From: Tricharina praecox
Taxonomy: Eukaryota
DNA: 64,000 nucleotides
Assembly (NCBI RefSeq): GCF_024521635.1
Contig: NW_026250413.1
Coordinates: forward strand, 558,001-622,000
Direction: 5' to 3'
The notes under the pieces: generated by a model
What the model saw: the letters and a program-made list of their open reading frames with translations, nothing else
What the model was told of the DNA's origin: nothing
Database searches by the model: none
Program-made: the position numbers and the translations under genes
Shown: piece by piece, positions 1-14,422 of the stretch
How the letters are laid out: the number at the start of each line of letters is the position of its first letter
Position numbering within the stretch: position 1 is the stretch's first letter

Positions 1-621
<621 letters not shown>

Positions 622-2048
622 CTACGTTCGGCGTTTGCTGGTGGAGGGGGCGCGGCGCTGATAGTGGAGTAGTTGGGTTGGGAGTTGACTTGGAAACAAA
701 GAAGGTGAAGTGTTCGATGTTGGTTGTGTCTCTTCACGCGTCCGTCCGTTCGCTGTCCGTTGATCGGTGCTGTGCGACGTTGAATTTCTGAGTCAGGGAT
801 TTATCTCTACCTGTAGAAAGTAGAGCCCTCGGTTTCTATCTATCCACAACGATGCGAGGACAGCACAGAGTCGATGGCATTTGCTGGAACTGGGATGCTT
901 GTTTCTGATGCCTGTTTGCGGCGGCGAATTTGCGGGTGCGGAGACGTGAGGCGAGGTGAGAAGAAGGAAAAGCGGAGGAGGAAGAGGAGGAGGAGGAAGA
1001 GAACCGGTGACGCAAATGCCGGCCGCGGGAATAGCAGTTTTGGCTGGGTTGGGTAAGATGGCTGAGCGTTTGGGCAAGTGGGACACTCATTCTGGTCACG
1101 AGCGGGTCTAGATACCTGCCATGTGGAGTTGAGGACATGGAGATGCCATTAGCTCGAGGACTACGGTGGGAAGCAGAGTACCTAGCTTCAGACTGGCGGG
1201 GCATTGTTCCTCTAGTGACATGACGATATGGCCAACGAGAAGACGGCAAAGACGAAGAAGATGCGGGGGAAGAGGAGCTCGACGAGCTTGAGGGAAAGCA
1301 GTAAAGCTCGGAGAAGCTGTGAAGAACTTGATGCATCGCCATCTCCATCTCCGTTGTGTACCTGGTGCATCGTAGCGGTTGTTTCTGTCATAGGCAAATG
1401 TCACCGGGAACTCTAGCCATGCTCGTGCCTTCTTTGAAGCTCCGCACTGCCTCTCCCAAAGCTGTCACCCCTCTCCTGCTCTCCCTCGTCGCGGTATCAT
1501 CTTCGTCTACAGCTTCACCCGCGTTAGCATCATCAGCAGAATATTGAAAGTTGCTGTCTGACTCAAGCACTTCTACAATCTTCACCGGACCAAGGCAGCA
1601 ACGAAAAAACCGAATAGGCCCGTGCACCCGCCATTCATCTCTCCGCGCAGAAGAGACAGAGCTACGCAGTCACTCATTCATCCCCGATAACTTATCGACT
1701 GTTCTCACACACATTCACGCTCACACGCTCACACTCATATCCAACTCACTCGATCGCTCACCGTGCATACAAAGCTCGGAGCTGTAGCCAACCGCTGCTG
1801 CCGAGAGTTTTTTTATTGATGCGGCAACGATAACAACGACGACAACGACCGCCTCCACCTCCACCTCCACCTTCACACTCCACCTCCCACTCCACCACCT
1901 CCACCACCTCATCCACCCCAATCCACCCACCTTTCTATCTGAACAAAGACTGGCTACAGCTATATCGATCGTTCATCCACACTAGCCTATCCGTCTCCCG
2001 CGCCTCACGGTTTCTGGCGCTCGCCTCCCCCCTCCCGCCGTCGCCGCC

Positions 2049-4356
2049 ATGTTCTCGGAATGTGAGTTTAAATTGCTATCTATGCCCCGATCGCGGTTAG
2101 CTAGCATAGCTTGGTACTGACAGAGCCGCCGACGTGACGCACAGATGCATCGAAATTCCTACAACAGTCGCAGACACGTATGAGTGCGATACGAGAAGGC
2201 CGAAACCACACTCAGGCATCGGCACCGCTGTTCCACTCCGTTGCCGAATTTCTTCCCGAGGACCACGAGCACGAGCAGGACCGCCTGGATCTTTTCGCCC
2301 TCGAGCGCAGCAGACGACACTTCGGCGCCTATGCTCCTTCCGACGCTACAGGCGGAGAGGATGAGGACGAAGATGATGATGGCGGATATACGGAAGAGGA
2401 AGATAGCACTCAGGAGCTACGGCAGAGCAGAGGAAGAGGGCGCTTCGGTAATATCAGGAGCTCGTGGAGAGCAAATCGGTCAGGAACGGCCAAGGGTTCG
2501 CTATCTGGGCCGGCGCGCAGCCACGAGACGGAAACGGGTGCCGCGAGTTCGAAAGGGAAGATGGTGGACGTGCGGTTGGACGATCCGAATGATCAGTCCC
2601 TGATGGAGGACTTCGACCAGGTGGGCTCTCCCACGATGTCATGCGCTTGCGAGTATGAGGGGGGAGGGGCATCGCTGATGATGGGAACAGGGCCCGCCAA
2701 GTGATATTGCTGTCGACATGCTCCGCGATGAATCTCCGCCGCCATTCCAACAGTTCCAGCGACCTCGGAGAGATAGTTCACCCTCCGCGTCGCTTGCGTT
2801 TGTACCGCCCATGCAACACGACGAGGAGATCGGAGATCAGACACCGTTCATGCCGCGGCAGTCTGAGCGGCCCAAGCCACAACAGAGCACGGTATGGCGC
2901 TTTTTCCGATTGAACGGTGGGTTGGCAGACGGGCTAAATCGGGACAGATACCACAACAGGTGTACCATCCGTCGTTGGAGCCTCCAGCACATGATAAATT
3001 ATGGGGTAGCCTATATATATTTCTGATGGCGGGCATGTTCACGACGTCTTTCGTAGTTTGGCTCCACACGGAGGAGAGCAATAATCCAAAGGACACCATT
3101 TACAACACGCTCCATGGGTCATTGCACCTCCTCGCCATCGATACTTTTGTCGCGATTGCCGTCGCGGTGGGGTGGATGTTTCTGCTCAAGTCGTGCGCGC
3201 GACCGCTGATATACTTTGTCATGGTATCTGTGCCGGTGGTGCTGGTCGTCTTCAGTATATATCCATTCGTTATGTCGTTTAAGGTGCCCGAAAAGAGCTA
3301 TGGCGGACAAGGCACGGTCATGCGGTGGGGGAGCATAATTCCGGCGATAATGTCTGGGACCTGGGCGTATTCGGCGTGGAGGAATAGATTCGCCATGACA
3401 CGGGCGGTTGACATCATCCAGCTGGCATGCCGGATCATCCAAGGCAACCCGGCACTGGTATTGTTGAGCTTTGGGGCGCTGGTGGGAACATGCGTATTTT
3501 CGTGGATCTGGGTGGGAATGTTCACAAGAGTCTTTTTGACTGGAAACTCCTTAGTCCGGGACGGAGTTATCTGGAAGCTGAGAACCAGGACGATTTTCCT
3601 GGGCATCTACTACATCATGATGTATCTCTGGACACTGGGTGTCGCTTCTGGTGTACACAGGTATGTAATGTCACCATGTCAAGCTTGACTATCGACTAAC
3701 ATCATTCCAGGGCGACGTCTGCAGCTACAGTTTCCCAATGGTACTTCCACCGGCACGCCATCCCGAAACCCTCCTCCCGCGCCATCATGGGCGCCGCCTT
3801 CCAGCACAGCACCTCCACCCTCTTCGGCAGTATCTGCCTAAGCTCCCTCCTCGCCCTGATGGTCCGCCTCCCACTCTTCGTAGCCCCCCGCTACCTTGCC
3901 CGTATCATCCACATGTGCTGCTACACCTTCGTCCCCTCGCCCATCGCCGCCATAATCGACCCGCTGACCCTCACCTACGGCGCGATCCACTCGCTGCCAA
4001 TCCTCGCCGCCTCCAAAGCCACCTCGAACCTGAAGTTCATGGACACAGCCGGCTACGGCCCGCAGCGTCACCCGCGCGTTGCCTACCGCTTCAGCAAGAT
4101 GCTGCTCACCGCGGCCCGCTCCGTCACCGCCATCTGTCTCGGCATCGGCGCGTGGATCGCCGCGGCAAGACACGTCAATGGCGGCAGCCTGTACGGATAC
4201 CTTGTCGGCCTCATAGCTGGGTGCATCGGCTGGGCTATCATCGGTGCGACCGAGGGGTGCCTCACCAACGTTGTAGATGCCTGTGCGGTGTGTGTGGTCA
4301 GTGAGGGGGCCGAGGGAACGCATTGCCGGGAGGCGCAGGCTGCTTTTGGCGGATAA
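2049..4356 (+). CDS. Choline transporter-like (CTL/SLC44, Pns1/Ctl1 family) multi-pass membrane protein; exons approx 2049-2061, 2145-2620, 2691-2891, 2948-3660, 3711-4356
   Basis: MFSE|YASKFLQQSQ start and an acidic N-terminal region, then many TM segments. RATSAATVSQWYF...FGSICLSSLL...LTYGAIHS is typical of the plasma-membrane choline transporter family. All introns are canonical. Confidence 0.8.
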
Positions 4357-4799
4357 CTAAGCTGGTGTACTACACTTGTCGATGACAGAGTAGGTATACG
4401 CTGGATTTCGTTGTTTTCTTCTTGTTTTGCGCGCATTCTAGGGTTTCTTTCTTTCTTCGGAGCGAAGGTGCTTGCTTGCTTGCTTGTTTGCATGTATTCA
4501 CTTGACTTGACTTTTTCCTTTGTCACTTTAGACGGGGGATTGGATTGGATTGGATTGGAAATGTTTATGTTCTTATTTGGCTACCTACGGAAGTGATGGA
4601 ACATGTTGCTCCGAACGACCTGGGGAATAGTACGGTAGCTGTACGGTAGCTGTTGAAATTACTGGTAGGTATTTCATTGAAATTTGATGGGTTTTTTTGG
4701 CTACCTTGAGCCTGATGCTTCAGGAATTGGCAGTGGACAACTACCTGGTCTGGATGAATGGGGGGTTCTGTTTGTTGTTTTATTGATCTCGCCCTGTAC

Positions 4800-7700
4800 C
4801 TATGTGCAGAGACAATGGCGATTGCCTGGATGGATGTCCCCAAGAGGAGATATGTTAGGAACCGAAGTAAGTCGAGTGATGAAGCGAGCATAAATGCCCT
4901 TTGCACGAGCGAAGCAAACATTCCATGACCAGCCTTATCCTCCTGAATGAGTAAATTCACCATCAATCCTTGCGTCCAGATCCCCAGCCCCGAGTGACGC
5001 CCCACCTCAGCTCTTGTTCTACACTCAACCTACCCTGCCTTCCCAGCCCCAAACACCTACAAAACCGCGTCCCCCGCAGCTCCCTTCCTCCCAGTACATA
5101 ACCAACGCAAACCCACCGCCCTCCCTCCCCCCTCACGGGACCTCCACGGAGATGAGGGCGGTCTTTCAGTCCCCACCATCCCACCACTATCCCAGCCCCG
5201 TCAGCCCAGCCCATCCAGCCCAGCCCAGCCCAGCCAACCAGCCTTTAACCACCCGCCTTGTACGACGACATCCAAACCCACTGCCCGCGCGCTTCCAGGA
5301 ACAAATCTACGCAGCTGCACACTTATAGCCGATGGGTGTGGGTGTGCAATACATCATACGCGGTTCCTGGGAGCGGATGGGTGGTTACTATAACTTGGTC
5401 GTATGGGTGAAGTGGTAGATTGCTGGTTGTTTTGCTGTGTTTTGCTGTGTTGGGGTGGGGTGGGGTGTGTTGCGCGGTTGGGTGGGGGTGGGGGAGGGGG
5501 AGAGGGGGTTGTTTGCGCAGAGATATATATATGAAATACATGAAGGGATCCATGAAGAGCTGCGTATATATGCACGGAGTTAGTGCCGGAGCACAGATAC
5601 GGGTCGCACATTCTCCTGGAGCCTGGGGGGGTTAGATGCGGGTTAGATGGGGGTTAGATGGGGGGTTTTGTTGGTTTTTTGATGATCGTGCAACTCACCT
5701 GTGTATGTGGAGTACATTGACGATCGCGATTGCCCGGATGGATGTCTCTGGGAGGAGAGACGTCAGGAAGCTCAGGAAGCTCAGTAAGCTCAGTAGATCG
5801 AGTGATAATGCGAGCTCTAGAGGGTCCCACACGGCGAAAGCCCTCAATCGTTGCGTCCAGATCCCAAGCCCGAGTGACACCCGACCTATGCACTTGTAGC
5901 TACTGCACTTCACTTACCCTGCCTTCCCAGCAACACCTACAAAACCGCGTCCCCCCAGCTCCAGCTCCCTTCCTCCCAGTAATCATCGCAAACCCCACCG
6001 CCCCCCCTCCCCCCTCGCGGGATTTTCACGGAGGCGAGGGGCCGGTCCCACCACCAGCAGCACCACCAGCCCAGCACCGCCAATACGGTACAGCCCCATT
6101 CAGCCTCCAGCCTTTAGCCACCGCGCCTCGTACGACCAACATGCGACCAGCTGCCCGCGCGCTCCCAGGAATGCATCGCGCAACATGTGTTGTATCGTAC
6201 ACGCGGGTTCCTGGAGGGGCTTGTGCGTGTATGTACTCGTACAATACATATGTGGGTTTCCATGGGAGCTCGCGGACAGTGCTTGTGACGGGTCGTACGA
6301 GGGCCTAGCTGTGGCAGATTGCTGGTTGCTGTGCTGTGTTGGGGTGTATGGGCTGTGCTGTGTTGTGTTGTGGTGGTGTTTGTGAAAGAGAAATTATGGG
6401 ACTCATGAAGAGCTGCGTTGCACAGAGATCGTGCCGAAGCACAGATACGGGTCGTACATTCTGATCGAGGGTTGGAGGTGTGTACATAGGAGGATGGGAT
6501 GCTGGCTGGTGAGGGAGGAGGATGTATACAATATCTATATCCATATCGTCATCACACAGTTGAGGGTAGATATAAGTCCCTGGCCATATGTATGCAGGTG
6601 TACTTACCTATGGCCAACTCACATTTGAACTCCATTCTTGCCCGCCCTTCTACCAGCACATCCACAGACACACACAGTGTCCCGCTGGACACTCCTGCTT
6701 CACCCCCGATGCCTCGCTCTCCCCATCAGTCACGTCGTCCCGGGGACTTTCCTGCCCACGTCCGTCGTGGAGGACCTCCAGAACAGCCTTGCCGCATCCT
6801 TCATTTATGCATACGAATAGATTGGCCATGCTCACCAGCGCTTTCCGTGCTTCGTCTCCTTTTCCACTCTCGCCCATAGAGACCAGCGAGCATTGTTTGA
6901 ATAAGTGCTGTTTGCTTGCACCGGCGGCACCACCAGCACTGATCGTCCTCTCGCTTCTTTATCTACTTCAGACGAGTGACCGCCATGGCGTGGCCGGTCT
7001 TTAGCTGCTACTAGTAGTACCGGGTCACAATGCGTTTCGGCGCTTTGGCGGGTATGAATCCGGTGTCATATGTATCATACCTCCGGTTTTTGATCCGGGA
7101 AATGGTTCACTAGTGGGCTTCCGTCCATCTGCCGTTTGAGGTGCGCCAGGGACACTGGCAACGGTAGGCTTCGTCTCCGGCATCTATCACTGTACTTGAG
7201 CCATTCGGCTCTGCGATCGTCTGGTTCGAACTTCGTCAGCCTGTCAAGGTCGAGTGATATCACGAGCCTACCGGATCATGAGCGAGCGAAGGGACACCGG
7301 TACTGGTAGGCTTCGTCTCCGACATCTATCGCTATACTTAAGCCATTCGGCTGTGATCGTCTGGCTCGAACTTCGTCCGCCTGTCAAAGTCGAGTGATAT
7401 CACGAGCCTAGTTACCGGATAATGAGCGAGCGAAGACAACATCCCACCACTACCAAACAAACCCGTAAACGGCAGCTGGTTCACCATTGATCGCGGAATC
7501 CGGGATCTCCAGCCCCGAGTGAGGGCCGATATAGAGTACTTATACCGCGCTTACCCTGCCTTCCGCGTACATACTACAAAACCGCGATCCCCCCAGCTCC
7601 AGCTCCAGCTCCAGCTCCAGCTCCAGCTCTCTCCCACAACCAGCGCGAATCCACCCACCCTCTCTCCCTCCCTACCAAGGGTTTTCCACGGAGTAGAGGT

Positions 7701-8050
7701 TGCGGTCACCACAAGTCATTCAGCCTGTAGCCACGAGGCCTGTTTGTGAGTTTGAAGTATCCTGAACGCTGCTCCTTGTGAGTGCTGGACGTTTACGAAC
7801 CGAAATCACATTCAAATTGTGTCCGCCTACTATTTGTCCCCGTGGTGTTTTTTTTGCCGAGAATGAAATTATAGGACTCACTGAAGAGCTGCGTATATAT
7901 GCACAGAGTTAGGTACCGGAGCACAGATACGGGTCGTACATTCCGATGGGAGCTGGTGGAGGGTGGATGGATGCGATGCTATGTAGCGAGGGAGGGGGGC
8001 TATGTACAATACCTATACATATGGTATCACACGGTTGGGGAATAGATTTC
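4800..8050. repeat. Three diverged direct copies of a ~0.7-0.9 kb element (approx 4800-5620, 5710-6575, 7380-8050)
   Basis: Colinear shared blocks in all three copies: TCGAGTGAT; GATC(C/T)C..GCCC(C)GAGTGA; TACCCTGCCTTCC..CTACAAAACCGCG; TGAAGAGCTGCGT..GCACAGATACGGGTCG(C/T)ACATTC (about 5552, 6406 and 7882). Confidence 0.85.
7149..7434. repeat. Tandem duplication of a ~142 bp unit (7149-7290, 7291-7434)
   Basis: GGGACAC..GGTAGGCTTCGTCTCCG..CATCTATC..GCCATTCGGCT..GTCGAGTGATATCACGAGCCTA..ATGAGCGAGCGAA occurs twice, with a few substitutions and small indels. Confidence 0.95.
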
Positions 8051-9286
8051 CGGTGGCTCCAAGTCCCCAATCATATACCAACTCGGCGACTCGGGACATG
8101 AGGAAGAACACTCTGTGATCCAAAACTACAGGTGGATGCGTCTCCGAGATGATAAGCGACCCGAGGACGACGAGGATCAACAAAGTATCCGACTGAGACT
8201 GGATACATCGAGATGATCCGTCTGTCGATGACGCAACCTTGACATGCCCAACCACATGGTACATGGCGAGCAGCGCGCGATCTTGTCTCCAGCCGGTGGC
8301 TACTCCAATAGAAAGGTCTGTAGGTGGCTCTGAAGACGTGCTTTCGGCGAACTCGGTTGTTTCGTCTCGTCTCGTCTGGTCGCGCTCGCGTAGTAGAAAT
8401 GGCAAATCTAGGTGGCGTCAGTACCGCGTTCAATGTCCGTAGGGATGACGATGACGATGTCGAGGAACAGTTGTATTGCGTCTCGCGAACCTAAAGACCG
8501 GCCCCAGTAAAAAGATTACGCTGCAACAACGATAATCCGGTCACGCTAATGTGCGCTGGACGGGCTTGCCAGCATCCGTTGGGATCTCTTGAGCGAAGAG
8601 GGTCAAGTCCGAGCGGCTGAGAATTGCTGAACTGCTGAATTGCCGTGGAGCCAATCGTAGCCGGGCCAACAAATACGGTGGAGTGGATCGGACCCGGATT
8701 GGTCTGGAGGATTGCAGGCGCCCGGAGGCTCTTCTTCTTCTCTTCTTCTTCATCGACCGGCAAAGGTCATGTTTTCGGTTGTTCAAGGCTTGGAGTTAAA
8801 GCTCTATTTTAGCTGCCAGCGGGTCCTCGGTTTGATGGAGGGGCTTGCGGAGGGGTAAACGGAGAAGTTCGAGTATCGCCGGGCATCCGGAGAGGCCAGC
8901 AGCTACGGCCGCGGTAGAGGTCAGTTAGTAGATGCAGCCAGGTAGCTGCTTGGGGGTGTGAAGACAAGCAGTCGCGGTTGGGAAGTCGTCAGTACTCAGG
9001 TACTAACTGTTAACGTAGTAACCATAGAGTAAGTAGAGCATCAGTACACCTTGCGTCCTCTCCCCCCACACACCCCGTTCTATTCCGTCCGTCCAAAGAG
9101 CATAAGCACCCCTGCCCAACAACTTTTTTTACCCTGTTTCCCGGACTCGGGATCTCGCCGCCATTCCTCTTTTTTTTCAAAGGCCTTCCTCCTCCAACAC
9201 CCTTCTTCCTCCTCCTCCTCTCCATCTCCATCCTCCTCCTCCTCCACTCCTCCCCTCCACACCCTCCCATCAACAATCAATTGAAG

Positions 9287-11041
9287 ATGTCCTCCGCTTT
9301 CAGAGTCTCCACCATTGCCTCGACCGCCTTCAGGTCGAGCATCACCTCCTCCTCTTCCTTCGCTGTGAAGAGAGCCGGTTACCGTTATTACTCGGCGGTT
9401 AAGCCTAAGGTCAGCGATCACTCAATCCATGCCCTAGTGGTCCGACCGCAACAGTATTCTGACGTAGCCACATCGGTGACCACAGACCCTCAAGGAGACC
9501 TTTGCTGCGAAGATTCCCGAGGAGATCGAGAAGGTCAAGAAGCTCCGCAAGTAAGTCGATACGATTCAATCCCAATGCTCTCTCACGGGGTTCGGCAGTT
9601 CTGACATGTGGATGTTTGCTATCTCAGGGAGCACGGTTCCAAGGTCATCGGAGAGGTCACTCTTGACCAGGTCTACGGAGGTGCTCGTGGTGTCAAGTCC
9701 CTCGTATGGGAGGGTTCCGTCCTCGACTCCGAGGAGGGTATTCGCTTCAGAGGCAAGACCGTAAGCACAAATTGCACCTCCCATTGGTACTGGCGACGAG
9801 GACTAAACGCAGTGTTTTCTAGATTCCTGAATGCCAGGCCCTTTTGCCCAGGGCTCCTGGAGGAGAGGAGCCTCTTCCCGAGGGTCTTTTCTGGCTTCTT
9901 TTGACCGGAGAGGTCCCCACTGAGGAGCAGGTCCGCGCTCTCTCCGCCGAGTGGGCTGCCCGTGCCGAGGTCCCCAAGTTCGTTGAGGAGCTCATTGACC
10001 GTTGCCCCAACACCCTCCACCCCATGGCCCAGTTCTCGATCGCCGTCACCGCTCTCGAGCACGAGTCCCAGTTCGCCAAGGCGTACGCGAAGGGTATCAA
10101 CAAAAAGGAGTACTGGAGCTACACCTTCGAGGACTCCATGGACCTCATTGCGAAGCTTCCTACCATTGCTTCCAAGATCTACCGTAACATCTACAAAGAT
10201 GGAAAGGTCGCCCCCATTCAGGCCGACAAGGACTACGGTTTCAACTTGGCCAACCAGCTCGGCTTCGGTGGAAACAAGGACTTCGTTGATCTGATGCGTC
10301 TGTACCTGACCATCCACTCTGACCACGTATGTCCCTAACCCCCCCGATCCTCGATCTTTGGTTCCGAAGGCTAATTCCCTTGTAGGAGGGTGGTAACGTC
10401 TCGGCCCACACCACCCACTTGGTCGGATCCGCTCTCTCATCCCCCATGCTCTCCCTGGCTGCCGGTCTCAACGGTCTCGCCGGTCCCCTCCACGGATTGG
10501 CCAACCAGGAAGTCCTTAACTGGCTCACTGAGATGAAGAAGTCCGTCGGTGACGATTTGTCCGACGAGAACATCAAGAACTACCTCTGGACCACCCTGCG
10601 CTCTGGACGTGTCGTTCCCGGATACGGACACGCCGTTCTCCGCAAGACCGACCCCCGCTACACTTCCCAGCGCGAGTTTGCCCTCAAGAAGCTCCCCAAT
10701 GACCCCCTCTTCAAGCTTGTCAGCCAGGTCTACAAGATCGCCCCTGGTGTCCTCACTGAGCACGGAAAGACCAAGAACCCCTGGCCCAACGTCGACGCCG
10801 TAAGTTCTACGAGTTCCCAATCATTATGAACTGCCACTAACATCCGCCACAGCACTCCGGTGTCCTGCTCCAGTACTACGGTCTCACTGAGGCCAACTAC
10901 TACACCGTCCTCTTCGGTGTCTCCCGTGCTCTCGGTGTCCTTCCTCAGCTCATCATTGACCGTGCCCTCGGTGCCCCCATCGAGCGCCCCAAGTCTTTCA
11001 GCACTGAGAAGTACGCCGAGTTGGTCGGTGCCACTTTGTAA
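9287..11041 (+). CDS. CIT1: Mitochondrial citrate synthase; exons 9287-9409, 9486-9550, 9628-9760, 9823-10326, 10386-10799, 10853-11041
   Basis: R/S-rich presequence. Motifs [69 protein letters not shown] and WPNVDA|HSG. Strong C/T-ending codon bias. Confidence 0.98.
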
Positions 11042-12068
11042 GTTCGGAGAAACCACGGATGGAGTTATTAGCCGCTGTGAGGCACTCTGTTAGTAGTAGT
11101 GTCTGGTGTTTGCGCAGTCTTGTAGGCGTGTAAGATTTGTTTTGGGGGTAGGAGTAAGTGGTAGCTTGAGGGAAGGGGAACATAAAAGTCGCCGGCGGCC
11201 TGGTTTTTTTTTGCTGGCTGGCTGGCGCTTTCTCTTGTTTGCGAGGATAGAATTTTCTTTTTTTTCTCTTTGGACACATGTATTATGAGGCACAAAATCT
11301 CTCAGAAGAATCTCACTCACGCGTTGTTCGGTGACGACATGCGTGTCATGGCCATGTGGGAATGTGGATGTGATCGAGCACATAGAGTATGTAGTGCGGA
11401 CCATGCGGGTATTTGTCCGAACAGCCGAGCTGAACTCGGTGGTGGTGGATGGATGGGAGTATCCCTTTTTCCTAGCCTCTGCGATTTCGATCCTGCAATC
11501 TTGGCGGCAGTTGCACTGGACGTCAACGTGGATTGCCTGCACTCAGCACTGGCAACTGCAGGTACTCCAATTTTCCATATTATCATTGTAGATAACTTCG
11601 GAAGTGATTACATAACCTGCGTGGCTTAGCCCTAGGTATTCCAAGTCCGTACTACAACCCTCTACTGAGTCTCAGCAGTGTCAGTCGGTGAACAGGGCTG
11701 ATGTACATATTCTCTTCACCATACCCATGATGATGATGTTCCGCGGTCTACATACCACTGATGTCGACGGTATCGTGCGCACGGCCACTGTCACGGGGTG
11801 CAATCTGGTTTCATGATCCATCGGGGCGCACGTGAATAGGTATTTCAAGCTCTCTTACCCTCAGCTGCTAGGATCGGAGCTCATCCGGGCGTCTGGAAGT
11901 GCAAGCCCGAGTGCTCCGTCGTGATTCTGTGAATCCCGCGACGCCAAAAAGATAATCCAGCCCACCAACCCACTAGCAGAGCCTCACTTACCCATCCCCC
12001 GACACCACGCCCGCCGTCCCCCACCACACGCCCACCACACGTCCACCTCCACGTCCACCGCCGCCGCC

Positions 12069-12586
12069 ATGTCGTTAACACGCCTCCAAACGCTCTACAA
12101 AGTTCCACCCCTTGCCCCCCCCCCCTCGCGCTCCCCCCATTCCCCATCCCCCGTCCTCGCCGCCTCCGCCTACTAACCCACCCTTTCCCCGGAATCACAG
12201 CTGAGCGCCTCGATCTTCAACACGACATTCAACCCGACCAACATCCGCACAGGCAACAAGGTCCTTCGGCAGCGGCTGAAGGGCGCGGCGCTGCTGGACT
12301 ACTACCCGCCGCGCGTGGCCACAGTGAAGGATCTGCGGCGGTTGTTCCCCAACCTGGCCATCAGCGACGATGCGGAGGACGCCAGGGTTAACGCTGTTGA
12401 GAGGTACGTGCTCGATTCTAGGCTGGGCTGGGGAGGTGAATGTGGATGGAGGGGATTGGGGGGATGGGATGGGAGGGGATGGGATAAGGCTGATAGTAGA
12501 CGGTGCATAGGGCGAAGGCGAGGGGTAAGGGCGCGCCGAAGAAGGTCAGGGTTAAGCCGGAGAGGATGCATGGTAAGAAGAAGTAG
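12069..12586 (+). CDS. RSM27: Mitochondrial small ribosomal subunit protein Rsm27/mS33; exons 12069-12101, 12201-12403, 12511-12586
   Basis: Spliced product contains SIFNTTFNPTNIRTGNKVLRQRLKGAALLDYYPP and ends AKARGKGAPKK, the mS33 signature. The first donor (GTTCCA) is weak, so exon 1 is less certain. Confidence 0.88.
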
Positions 12587-12882
12587 TGAAGTGCGCGGCG
12601 GAATTCATGATGTTTGGTGCGCAGTTGTAGTTGTGCCTCTGGACAAAGTAGACTGTAGACGAGACTTTGTAGCCCCCAGTTCAAGTGACCTTCAACTACC
12701 TACTACCACCACCACTACTATCACCACCACCATCACCACTGCCGCCACCCACTACCATCACCACTACCACTACCGATCCCATCACCAAAAACCCAAACAC
12801 ACAGAACTACTACTTCACCGCCACCACTCTACACCCCTCCCCCACTGCCACGACCACGACCAGTCCAGCACGCCCACCAGCC

Positions 12883-13127
12883 ATGGCTCCGTACCTGATC
12901 TCACGGTACCCCCCATTCCTCCCACAGCCCCTCCCACATCCCACGCCCCGCCCGCCTCCCCGCGCACCATACTAACAGCCCGCAGGGCCGCCGACCCACT
13001 GTTCGCACTATTCATCGGCGCCTCGGCCGCCAGCATCCGGATCCGCCGCGAAGAGGCCGAGGCAGGACGTGGCGGGACAGTGCTGGAGACGCTGCGGCGG
13101 CGGGCGGGGTACTATTTCGGGATGTGA
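12883..13127 (+). CDS. NCE101: Small non-classical export protein 1-like (NCE101); exons 12883-12905, 12986-13127
   Basis: MAPYLISR|AADPLFALFIGASAASIRIRREE matches the YLIS..DP.FA..IG..A...RE pattern. The intron has a CTAAC branch and CAG acceptor. Confidence 0.8.
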
Positions 13128-13664
13128 TCTGCTGTGGTGTGCTGTGCTGTTGTGAGAAGGGCGAGCGGAAGGAAGGAAGGAAGGAAGGAAGGCTGTACGA
13201 TACCTACAATATGACCGATCGGTCGACGACCCACCGGTTCGCCCTAAACATAGAGTGCAGTCAGTGCTGGTATGAGGCTATGAGGCTGCGTCCGACTGAT
13301 ACGTCACCAGACAGTTGGACAAGGCTCGTCCATCATCCCCGTGAGACAAACACGGGTTCTGCCTACATACCGTGCACCGTTCACACGTATCGCGCACGCG
13401 AGGGCAAAAGGAACCGAAATTCTCATCATTCGCGCGCAGATTACATACATACAGACAGCAAGCAGCAACAGCAACAGTAAACCGGCAAACTCCTCCGCCG
13501 CGGCACGCGAAACACGCATTTCAGCGAACAAAAGAGAAGCGTCTCGAAGCTTGCTATAAACAACGAACAAAGCTGTAAGGGTAATGCGATAACCCGAGAC
13601 GGAGCTCCTATCTGTTCGTGTCCGGTATGCCGTCACACCGTCTCTCTTCTCACCATTCTCCCTA

Positions 13665-14422
<758 letters not shown>

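Noticed and set aside
793..1627. Overlapping 60-170 aa ORFs between Rab2 and the CTL-like gene
   Set aside because: Low complexity, no recognisable domain or exon chain; probably UTR/promoter, though an orphan gene cannot be excluded
7220..7240. GGTTCGAAC, resembling a tRNA T-loop/B-box
   Set aside because: No cloverleaf or A-box, and the second repeat copy has GGCTCGAAC
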